In this document: positions 7,762-15,026 of the stretch, in pieces
Layout of the letters: every line of letters starts with the position of its first letter
How positions within the stretch are numbered: the first letter of the stretch is position 1
Assembly (NCBI RefSeq): GCF_015351765.1
Contig: NZ_JADKQA010000003.1
Location: forward strand, 7,203 to 39,202
Direction of reading: 5' to 3'
Source of the DNA: Clostridium vitabionis
GTDB taxonomy: Bacteria; Bacillota; Clostridia; Lachnospirales; Lachnospiraceae
DNA: 32,000 nt
Made by a program: the position numbers and the translations under genes
The notes under the pieces: model-generated
Told to the model about the DNA's origin: nothing
Database searches by the model: none
What the model saw: the letters and a program-made list of their open reading frames with translations, nothing else

Positions 7762-9156
7762 ATGGAAGAAAATAAGAAAGAGAAGCGCTTTCAGGAGATT
7801 CTCGGGATCATTCGCTCCGGCGCCCAGCCCGAGGAGATCCGGGACAAGCTGGACGATTTCCATGAGAAGGATATCGCGGCGATCCTGCCGAGGCTGAGTG
7901 ACGGCGAGTGGATCATGCTCTGCAATACCCTGGAAATTGCTCGGGTTGCGGATATTATCGAGTACGTGGACGACGTGGATGACGCGGAGACGTACCTGGA
8001 AGCTTTGCCGGATGAGAAGGCGGCGCAGATCCTGAGCGCCATGGAGACCGATGAGGCGGTCGATTTCCTGAAAAACACGGACAGCGACCGCAAGGAATCC
8101 TGGCTGTCCCACATGAATGTGGACAAGCGGGAGACGCTGCGGAAGATGGCGGCTTACGAGGAGGACACGATCGCGAGCCGTATGACCACGAATTTTATCC
8201 GAGTCAAGCTCTCCATGACCGTCCAGCAGGCAATGAAGGCGCTGGTCGCCCAGGCGGCTGTTCACGACAATATCTCCACCATCTACGTGGAACATGCCGA
8301 TGGAACCTACGCGGGCGCATTTTCCCTGAAGGACCTGATCCTGGCCAGAAAGGAAAATTCGCTGGCGGACATCGTGGTTCCGGCTTACCCGTCGGTGTAC
8401 GCCGACGAGAAGATTGCCGACTGCCTGAGCGTTATTGAGGATTATTCCGAGGAATCGATCCCGGTGCTCTCCCGGGCAAATAAAATCCTTGGCGTTGTGA
8501 CCGCCAATGACGTGGTTGAGGTCATCGATGATGAGATGAGCGAGGACTACGCAAAGCTGGGCGGCTTGAGCGCGGAGGAAGACCTGAACGAGCCGATTTC
8601 CACAAGCGTCCGGAAGCGCCTGCCCTGGCTGGTGCTGCTTCTGTTCCTCGGGCTGATGGTCTCCTCGGTGGTCAGCATGTATGAGCAGGTCGTGGCCAAG
8701 CTGACGATCATTATGGCGTTCCAGTCGATGATCCTGGACATGTCGGGAAATGTCGGCACCCAGTCCCTTGCGGTGACGATCCGTGTCCTGATGGATGAGA
8801 ACCTGACGGGTCATGAAAAGCTGCGCCTTGTCCGGCGGGAGATGACCACCGGCTTTCTGAACGGCCTCGTTCTCGGCGTGATCGCGACGGTGGGCGTCGG
8901 GATTTATATCGCGCTGGCGAAGGGATACGCGCCGGCGACCGCGTTCAGCGTCTCCCTCTGCATTGGGCTCTCTCTTGTCCTTGCCATGCTGATTTCCAGC
9001 ATGGTCGGCACCGTGATCCCGATGTTTTTCAAGAAGGTCGGCGTTGACCCCGCGGTGGCTTCAGGCCCGCTCATCACGACGGTGACGGACCTGGTTGGTG
9101 TAGTGACCTACTACAGCCTCGCCTGGATCATGCTTGTGCACTATCTCGGCATGTAA
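7762..9156 (+). CDS. mgtE: Magnesium transporter MgtE
   Basis: 464 aa with an MgtE N-domain (DDFHEKDIAAILPRL...), a CBS pair and a C-terminal 5-TM domain containing MILDMSGNVGTQS and ASGPLITTVTDLVGV. Confidence 0.93.
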   Translation: MEENKKEKRFQEILGIIRSGAQPEEIRDKLDDFHEKDIAAILPRLSDGEWIMLCNTLEIARVADIIEYVDDVDDAETYLEALPDEKAAQILSAMETDEAVDFLKNTDSDRKESWLSHMNVDKRETLRKMAAYEEDTIASRMTTNFIRVKLSMTVQQAMKALVAQAAVHDNISTIYVEHADGTYAGAFSLKDLILARKENSLADIVVPAYPSVYADEKIADCLSVIEDYSEESIPVLSRANKILGVVTANDVVEVIDDEMSEDYAKLGGLSAEEDLNEPISTSVRKRLPWLVLLLFLGLMVSSVVSMYEQVVAKLTIIMAFQSMILDMSGNVGTQSLAVTIRVLMDENLTGHEKLRLVRREMTTGFLNGLVLGVIATVGVGIYIALAKGYAPATAFSVSLCIGLSLVLAMLISSMVGTVIPMFFKKVGVDPAVASGPLITTVTDLVGVVTYYSLAWIMLVHYLGM

Positions 9157-9192
9157 GGGAGAACCAGCCGCCATCTCCGGGTGGAAGAGGAA

Positions 9193-9285
9193 GCGTTATC
9201 GCGGCGCGGCGGAATGCGCGTTATCGCGGCGCGGCAGAATGCGTGTTATCGCGGCGCAGAAGAAATGCGCGTTATGGCAGAGAAG
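9193..9285 (+). repeat. About 25-nt tandem direct repeat (3 good copies and 1 degenerate) in the mgtE-citC spacer
   Basis: GTTATCGCGGCGC starts at 9195, 9220 and 9245, a period of 25. A degenerate copy, GTTATGGCAG, starts at 9271 and runs into the citC ribosome-binding site (AGAAGGAG). Confidence 0.9.
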
Positions 9286-9298
9286 GAGAAGAATCACG

Positions 9299-10369
9299 AT
9301 GTCTGAACAGGAATACGGAATTTCCCAGGTGTACCCCGGCGACCGCTGGACAATGGGGGAGGTGGAGAAACTTCTCCATGCGGAAGGCATCCGTCTGGAT
9401 CCCCATCTGGATTACACCTGTGCCATGTCGGATAGTGATGGGCGGGTGATCGGCACCGGGAGCTGTTTCGGCAATACGCTGCGTTGCTTTGCAGTCAGCC
9501 GTGAGCATCAGGGCGAGGGGCTGATGAACCAGATCATTTCCCACCTGATCCAGGTTCAGTACGAGCGGGGCAATCTGCATCTCTTCCTGTATACTAAGTG
9601 CGATTCGGCGAAGTTTTTCGGTGACCTGGGCTTCTATGAGATCGCCCGCGTTGAGGAGCAGAATCTGGTCTTTATGGAGAACCGGAGAACCGGTTTTGCG
9701 GATTACCTGAAAGCGCTGGAAAATGCGTCCGCCGGGGTGCCTTCCGCCCCGCCCGCGGAGACCGCGGCAGTGGTCATGAACGCGAATCCGTTTACCCTGG
9801 GACACCGGTATCTTGTGGAGAAGGCAGCTGCGGAGAACCAGCGGGTTCACCTGTTCATGGTGTCCGAGGATGCCTCCCTGGTGCCCTTCCGGGTGCGGGA
9901 GAAGCTGGTCCGGGAGGGGACGGCCGATCTCGGCAATCTCATTTACCATGAGTCCGGGCCGTACATCATCAGCAGCGCCACATTTCCCAGCTATTTTCAG
10001 AAAGACGCGGAATCGGTGATCCGCGGGCATGCGCTGCTGGACCTCACGGTCTTCATCCGCATCGCCCGTGCCCTCGGCATCGGGAGGCGCTATGTGGGCG
10101 AGGAGCCGAGAAGCCTGGTGACCGGCATCTACAATGACGTGATGAAGGAGAAACTGCCGGAGGCGGGCATCGGGTGCCGCGTGATCCCGCGGAAGGAAGC
10201 CGGTGGCGAGGTGATCAGCGCATCGACAGCCCGACAGGCGCTGAAGGACGGGGATCTGGAGACTTTCCGGAAGCTGGTTCCGGAGACAACCTATGCGTAT
10301 TTTACAAGCCCGGAGGCGGAACCGGTGCTCCGGAGAATCCGCGGCGAGAAAAATGTGATTCACTATTGA
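9299..10369 (+). CDS. citC: [Citrate (pro-3S)-lyase] ligase (acetate:SH-citrate lyase ligase) CitC
   Basis: The ORF track entry is 9134..10369. I prefer the ATG at 9299 (MSEQEYG...), preceded by AGAAGGAGAAG. It has a GNAT-like N-terminal domain followed by a cytidylyltransferase-like domain with NANPFTLGHRYLVE and ISSATFPSYF. Confidence 0.85.
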   Translation: MSEQEYGISQVYPGDRWTMGEVEKLLHAEGIRLDPHLDYTCAMSDSDGRVIGTGSCFGNTLRCFAVSREHQGEGLMNQIISHLIQVQYERGNLHLFLYTKCDSAKFFGDLGFYEIARVEEQNLVFMENRRTGFADYLKALENASAGVPSAPPAETAAVVMNANPFTLGHRYLVEKAAAENQRVHLFMVSEDASLVPFRVREKLVREGTADLGNLIYHESGPYIISSATFPSYFQKDAESVIRGHALLDLTVFIRIARALGIGRRYVGEEPRSLVTGIYNDVMKEKLPEAGIGCRVIPRKEAGGEVISASTARQALKDGDLETFRKLVPETTYAYFTSPEAEPVLRRIRGEKNVIHY

Positions 10370-10383
10370 TGCGGAGGCGGGGT

Positions 10384-10890
10384 ATGACGGGGGAACATGC
10401 TGAACTTGCGGATATGCTGGCCTGCCGGGAGCGGCGGGCAGCTCTCCAGGAAGACCTGCGGGAGAAATACGGAAAGACGTTGATCTCCTATTGTATGAAT
10501 ATCCCGGGGCCGGTGAAGACGAACGCGCAGATCCGGAAGGCATTTGCTCTCGGGGAGCAGGAGCTCCGCCGGGCACTGGACGGCGTGGGCGCCGTGATTC
10601 TTGAGGAAAAGGCCTTTCATGAGAAGACCGGTGACGAGCTGATGATGGCGGTGGATTTTTCCGCGGATGAGGTGAAAAGCCTGACGCTCGCGATCGAGGA
10701 GAAGAATCCTCTCGGACGCCTTTTCGATATGGATGTGATCGGCGCCGACGGCAGAAAGCTGTCCCGGAAGGCGTACCGGAAGTGCCTCATCTGCGGCCGG
10801 CAGGCGCAGGAGTGTGCCAGGGCAAGGCGCCATACGGTGGCGGAGATGCAGGCGGCGATTGACCGGCTGCTCGCGGAGCAGGGGCTTTGA
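10384..10890 (+). CDS. citX: Citrate lyase holo-ACP synthase (apo-citrate lyase phosphoribosyl-dephospho-CoA transferase) CitX
   Basis: I prefer the start at 10384, with GGAGG 6 nt upstream. An alternative ATG at 10369 overlaps the citC stop. The motifs CRERRA, NIPGPVK, NPLGRLFDMDV, LSR...RKCLICG...CARARRH parallel my recollection of E. coli CitX. Confidence 0.8.
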   Translation: MTGEHAELADMLACRERRAALQEDLREKYGKTLISYCMNIPGPVKTNAQIRKAFALGEQELRRALDGVGAVILEEKAFHEKTGDELMMAVDFSADEVKSLTLAIEEKNPLGRLFDMDVIGADGRKLSRKAYRKCLICGRQAQECARARRHTVAEMQAAIDRLLAEQGL

Positions 10891-10931
10891 GCGGGGAAGG
10901 CCTCCGGGAGAAGCGCTTGAGGATATTGCAG

Positions 10932-10978
10932 AAAAAACGGAGCGGGCCGCGAAAAGCTGCCCGCTCCGAACATTTTTT
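10932..10978. terminator. Bidirectional intrinsic terminator between convergent citX and the DUF815 gene
   Basis: CGGAGCGGGC (10938-10947) pairs perfectly with GCCCGCTCCG (10959-10968), 10 bp. It is flanked by AAAAAA upstream and TTTTTT (10973-10978) downstream. Confidence 0.8.
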
Positions 10979-11022
10979 GGCTGTCCTCCGGTTCGTTCCG
11001 AAGGATTCGGCAGAACCCCGGG

Positions 11023-12363
11023 TCAGGATTTCCCGGAGATTGAGGGGTTCAGCGAGTTGATGAACTGCTGGGCAACCCTTCCGGTATGGCCGCCGCGGCC
11101 GACCGACCAGGCATTGGCTTTCTGGATCAGCTCCTTTTCCGGTATGTCGATGCGGTACTTTGCCGCCAGGCGGCGGACGATCTCATGATACTCCTCGAAG
11201 GACGGCTTGGTGTACAGGACGCTCAGGCCGAAGCGATCCACAAGGGACAGCTTTTCCTCCATCGTGTCGGAGTGGTGGACGTCCTCGGTTCCCTGGCCGA
11301 CGTCATTCCGGTCGGAGGAGGTCTCGCGGATCAGGTGCCTGCGGTTGGAGGTGGCATAGATCAGGATGTTGTCCGGGCGGGTTTCAAAACCGCCCTCGAT
11401 GACCGCCTTCAGGTATTTGTACTCAATCTCGAAATCCTCGAAGGAGAGGTCGTCCATATAGATGAGGAATTTATAATTCCTGGTCTTGACCGCGGAGATG
11501 ACGTAGGAGAGATCCTTGAACTGGTGCTTGTAGATCTCGATCAGCCGGAGACCCTGGGGATAGAATTCGTTCAGGGTCGCCTTGACGGTCGTCGATTTCC
11601 CGGTGCCGGCGTCGCCGTAGAGCAGCACGTTGTTGGCCGCCTTGCCGTCGATGAAGGCCTGGGTGTTGTCCTGCACCAGCTTTTTCTGATATTCGTAGCC
11701 CACGAGGTCGTCGTAGTTGACGGTGTCGAGGTTGTTGATCGGGATCAGCTCCGGGGTGCCGTCCGCGTGGTTGCTGAGGCGGAACGCCTTGTTCAGGCCG
11801 AACATTCCGACACCGTAGTCCAGATAGAAGGCGCTGACCGCGTCCGAGAACGCTTCCGGGGTGTCCGCCGCGCTGAGCTTTATGGTGAGGTCATTGACCA
11901 CGCGGCTGATATAGCTGTAGTACATCCGCTCGTGCTTCCGGATCGACTGGTAGTGGTTGAGCACGGTGAACGCATCGGTGCCCAGGGCATTTTCCAGTTC
12001 GGTGAAATCATAGTGCATGAGCTTCATCAGCACAGCATAATCCTTCATGGCGAAGAAGCTGGCCGAGCCGAGAGGAAGACCTTTTTTTTCGCTGACGAGG
12101 GCGAGCGGGTTTTCGTCGGTCATCAGGAGGAAGGCGATGTAGGCCTGCCACAGGTTGTTTTCAAAGCCATAGTTGGTGGCGGTGACCATGATCTGGTGCA
12201 CCTGGTCAAATGCAGCGGCGCGCAGCCGGTCGGCCTCGAGGGGATGCCCCTCCGGATCGTTCAGGGATTCGTCCACTGCCCGGGAGATGTCCGCCAGAGC
12301 GGTGAGCACAGGATCCTTCTTGATTTTTTCATAGACGATAAGATTCGCGAGCAGATGATGCAT
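11023..12363 (-). CDS. DUF815-family P-loop (AAA-like) ATPase
   Basis: The ORF track entry is 11023..12435. I prefer the ATG at 12363 (MHHLLANLIVYEK), with GGAGG upstream. It carries Walker A (LLYGDAGTGKSTTV) and Walker B (FLIYMDDLSF), and the overall pattern is that of COG2607/DUF815 proteins. Confidence 0.75.
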   Translation of the reverse strand: MHHLLANLIVYEKIKKDPVLTALADISRAVDESLNDPEGHPLEADRLRAAAFDQVHQIMVTATNYGFENNLWQAYIAFLLMTDENPLALVSEKKGLPLGSASFFAMKDYAVLMKLMHYDFTELENALGTDAFTVLNHYQSIRKHERMYYSYISRVVNDLTIKLSAADTPEAFSDAVSAFYLDYGVGMFGLNKAFRLSNHADGTPELIPINNLDTVNYDDLVGYEYQKKLVQDNTQAFIDGKAANNVLLYGDAGTGKSTTVKATLNEFYPQGLRLIEIYKHQFKDLSYVISAVKTRNYKFLIYMDDLSFEDFEIEYKYLKAVIEGGFETRPDNILIYATSNRRHLIRETSSDRNDVGQGTEDVHHSDTMEEKLSLVDRFGLSVLYTKPSFEEYHEIVRRLAAKYRIDIPEKELIQKANAWSVGRGGHTGRVAQQFINSLNPSISGKS

Positions 12364-12425
12364 AGGAAGCCTCCAGTCTTTTGAGCAGATTCCGCCCGGC
12401 AGGTCATTCCCGGACAGATGCCCTG

Positions 12426-12454
12426 ATTTTACCATGAAGTGCGGCTCTATTCAA
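12426..12454 (-). promoter_or_regulatory. Sigma-A-type promoter for the DUF815 gene
   Basis: On the minus strand: TTGAAT (12454-12449), a 17-nt spacer, then an extended -10 TGgTAAAAT (-10 at 12431-12426). Confidence 0.55.
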
Positions 12455-12516
12455 TCGGCAGGCGCCTGGCCATAATGCGCAGAAAGCCCCAGGCCCGTCT
12501 GTGCCGGATTGACCGC

Positions 12517-12637
12517 TCAGGAGGCCTCGGCTCCCCGTCTGTGTCGGAAGCCTCCGGCTGTGCTGGCTCAGGAGGCCTCGGCTCCCCGTCTGTGTCGGAA
12601 GCCTCCGGCTGTGCTGGCTCAGGAGGCCTCGGCTCCC
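12517..12637 (-). repeat. 51-nt tandem repeat (2 full copies and a 19-nt partial) that includes the stop-codon tail of the DUF885 gene
   Basis: Units start at 12517, 12568 and 12619 on the plus strand: TCAGGAGGCCTCGGCTCCCCGTCTGTGTCGGAAGCCTCCGGCTGTGCTGGC. The third, partial copy (12619-12637) is the last 19 nt of the gene (..GAEAS-stop). Confidence 0.92.
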
Positions 12638-14460
12638 TGGCTGTTCAGCCAGTTTTCAAATTCCTCGCGGATGAGGCCGAAGTCCGCGCCGTACATGTCC
12701 AGGATGAACCGGTGAAATTCCGCGGCGCTAAACTGATCGCCGAGCTGCTCCTGCGCTCTTTTCCTAAGGTCTGTAATTTCCATGCAGCCGGTATAATATT
12801 TCAGGTACTCACACGGGGAGTCCACGACGGCATGGGTAATCTCGTCCACGGTGGCGTTGTCGGTGATTCCGAAGGTATCGCGCAGGAAACCTGCCGCGTC
12901 ATCCCGGCTCCAGCCGTCATAATTCAGCCGGAGATCCAGCAGGGCGTAGAGGCCTAAGTTGGCGGATGCCTGGTGCGTCAGGTAGTCCCGCTCTTCATCG
13001 GAGAGATTTTGGTCGAGCCGGTAGGCGTAGAGCTGCGCGTACTCGCCCCAGCCCTCGGCGTAGCCGTCGGTGGAGATAAGCCGGCGGAGAGGATTTTCTC
13101 CAACCTTTTTCAGGTAGGCGTACTGATAGAGATGGCCGGGATAGCCCTCGTGAGCCAGTGTGGCGTAGAGGGAGGTGCCGCTGTTCCTTCCATTGATATA
13201 GATCTGGTTGGGCTCATCCCCATCAATGGTGGGAGAGTAGAAAAATGCCGGCGCCATGATGTCCTTTAAGGAATCCGGGACGGTGTGAACCTCGTAGGGG
13301 GTATTCCCGGTGTCCGGAAAATCGGCGGTGATGGCGGTTTTCAGGGAATCCAGGATCTTTTCCGGCGTATCCAGGCCCTTCCCCACATGATCCTCGGCAG
13401 AAGCGAGGGAGGCATCCTTCTGGAGCGCGCTGCCCATCGCGGTGAGGTCGGCCATCAGATGCACGTATACCTGTGCTTCCAGCTCTTCCGGCGACCGGTC
13501 CTCGCCGCAGACGGAGGCGAGAAGATAGCGGAAGTAATCGCTCCCTCCGTCATAACCGGCAAGGCCTTTACTCTCCGCGCTGTGCCCCTTGAGGCCTTTC
13601 AGGTCACTCTCCAGCTTTGTGTACGCCGGGAGAAGGCTCTGGTTCACCGCGTCAGTCATTTTCGAGACCCAGGAGGATTGCTCCTCGTCCGTCAGGCCGA
13701 GCGCATCCAGCCTGTCCGGGAGGGAGGTCACGAGAATATTGTCCTTTGCGGGCACGAGAAATGGCTGGATGGACGCGATCGAGCGGTCGATCGTGTCATC
13801 ATCCATGGGGATGCCCTTCTTGATCCGCCGCTTCTCGAAATCGATCAGGCTGTCGAAATAGTCTCCCATCTGATTGATATAGGAAATCACCGCCTCGATA
13901 TCCGCCGTGCTGTCCAGCCGGTAGCTGGCGAGTGTGGCGGGAAGCTGGCTCGCGATGCCATACTCCGGGCTGAGCGGCTGGGAGAGATAGATGCAGTTTT
14001 CCCCGAGAAGGCTGGCTTTCAGGGCATTTTCCAGCATACGGAGTGTCAGGAGGCGGCCGCTGTCGAGCTTCGACCGGTCGATCGCTTCCACCTTGGCGAG
14101 CGTGTCATGATCCTCGGCGAAGGATTTGGTGAGATTGTCCTCTGTCATCAGGAAATAGGCAGGTTCGGACAGGTCAACGTCGTAATTCTCCGGATGGCGC
14201 AGCAGATAGTGGGCGGTGATCCGGCTGTTCGCCAGGGTATCGGAGAAGGCTTCCCGGAAGAGCTGGTCACAGCGGTCACGCTCGCTCTGCTCTTCCAGGG
14301 TGGCAGCCGCGCTGCTATCCCCGGCTGTGAAGAAAGATTCAGTCTTCGCGGTTTCTGTCGTGGTGGCAGCCGCGAGGGCATTCCCGCCGGAGCAGGCGGA
14401 CAGGGCGGTAATCACCAGAACCAGGAGCAGGGCAGCGGCAGAGTGCAGGGATTGTTTCAT
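12619..14460 (-). CDS. DUF885-family lipoprotein (putative zinc metallopeptidase-like)
   Basis: 613 aa. MKQSLHSAAALLLVLVITALSACSGG provides a signal peptide and lipobox. HEGYPGHLYQ is an HExxxH-type motif characteristic of DUF885. Confidence 0.75.
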   Translation of the reverse strand: MKQSLHSAAALLLVLVITALSACSGGNALAAATTTETAKTESFFTAGDSSAAATLEEQSERDRCDQLFREAFSDTLANSRITAHYLLRHPENYDVDLSEPAYFLMTEDNLTKSFAEDHDTLAKVEAIDRSKLDSGRLLTLRMLENALKASLLGENCIYLSQPLSPEYGIASQLPATLASYRLDSTADIEAVISYINQMGDYFDSLIDFEKRRIKKGIPMDDDTIDRSIASIQPFLVPAKDNILVTSLPDRLDALGLTDEEQSSWVSKMTDAVNQSLLPAYTKLESDLKGLKGHSAESKGLAGYDGGSDYFRYLLASVCGEDRSPEELEAQVYVHLMADLTAMGSALQKDASLASAEDHVGKGLDTPEKILDSLKTAITADFPDTGNTPYEVHTVPDSLKDIMAPAFFYSPTIDGDEPNQIYINGRNSGTSLYATLAHEGYPGHLYQYAYLKKVGENPLRRLISTDGYAEGWGEYAQLYAYRLDQNLSDEERDYLTHQASANLGLYALLDLRLNYDGWSRDDAAGFLRDTFGITDNATVDEITHAVVDSPCEYLKYYTGCMEITDLRKRAQEQLGDQFSAAEFHRFILDMYGADFGLIREEFENWLNSQGAEAS

Positions 14461-14635
14461 GATATACCTCCAAGCGGTTCTCTGAACAGGTGCGGGAATC
14501 TTGAGGATGACAAGGTGAAAAGGCCGTCACCACCGGCCTGCGGGCATGCGCGGCGCCGGATTGTCAACCGGATAAGCTCATTATAAAGGGAAATGAAATT
14601 TCGGGCAATACAGGGGCTTTTTATCAGATTGTTTA

Positions 14636-14663
14636 TTGTCTGCCGGGCAGGATATGGTAAACT
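14636..14663 (+). promoter_or_regulatory. Candidate promoter for the small ORF and esterase unit
   Basis: TTGTCT (14636-14641), a 16-nt spacer, then an extended -10 TGgTAAACT (-10 at 14658-14663). Confidence 0.35.
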
Positions 14664-14671
14664 GGGTGTGG

Positions 14672-14692
14672 CCGGGCGCCGAGGGCGCCCGG
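14672..14692 (+). other. GC-rich 9-bp hairpin at the start of the leader
   Basis: CCGGGCGCC (14672-14680), a gag loop, then GGCGCCCGG (14684-14692). The complement is perfect. Confidence 0.6.
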
Positions 14693-14749
14693 AACGATGA
14701 AGGATGCAAACGGTGCGCTTTCGGGCGCCGGCAAGATACAGGGGGGATC

Positions 14750-14929
14750 ATGGAGAAATGGTGTCGGAATTTAGTCTGCACGGATATGGGCTGTGAGGTT
14801 TCCGACGCCAGTGAGGACATCCTGAGCCTCTATCCCGACGCGAGCCAGGCGGTCATCGACCTGATGAAGGCCAAGGTTGACCCGGCACTGGTGGACAAAT
14901 ATGTGGAAACTGCAAAATCGGTGAAATGA
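14750..14929 (+). CDS. Hypothetical small protein (59 aa)
   Basis: This is a sub-ORF of track entry 14636..14929. The ATG at 14750 follows GGGGGG by 4 nt. From about codon 17 onward third positions are G/C-rich, like real genes here. The sequence is MEKWCRNLVCTDMGCEVSDASEDILSLYPDASQAVIDLMKAKVDPALVDKYVETAKSVK. I recognise no family. Confidence 0.3.
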   Translation: MEKWCRNLVCTDMGCEVSDASEDILSLYPDASQAVIDLMKAKVDPALVDKYVETAKSVK

Positions 14930-14975
14930 ATTTTATAAGTATTTTCTCTGACAAGGCGTATACTTGAACCGGAAG

Positions 14976-15001
14976 GGCCGGGGTGCCATGGCACTCCGGC
15001 C
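14976..15001 (+). other. Hairpin between the small ORF and the first esterase
   Basis: GGCCGG-g-GTGCC / GGCAC-t-CCGGCC is centred on the palindrome GTGCCATGGCAC. A weak T-tract (TCTTTCC) follows, 25 nt before the esterase start. Confidence 0.5.
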
Positions 15002-15026
15002 TCTTTCCAAAGAGGAGGGATCGGAT

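Noticed and set aside
7667-12637. Whether the tandem repeats at 7667-7744, 9193-9285 and 12517-12637 could be CRISPR arrays.
   Set aside because: The copies are directly adjacent with no unique spacers, and only 2 to 4 copies are present. The three arrays share no repeat sequence, and no cas genes are in the window.
12439-12957. A plus-strand ORF (172 aa) whose translation contains the repeated peptide GGLGSPSVSEASGCAGS and so looks like a repeat protein.
   Set aside because: The peptide repeat is just the 51-nt DNA repeat read in frame. The ORF starts in the spacer and then runs antisense through the well-supported DUF885 gene.
14664-15026. A cobalamin or other known riboswitch in the long esterase leader, prompted by CCCGGCACTGGTGG, which faintly resembles a B12 box.
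   Set aside because: The B12-box consensus (GCCACTG in its usual context) and the other conserved cobalamin-riboswitch blocks are not present. Part of the region reads better as a small coding ORF.
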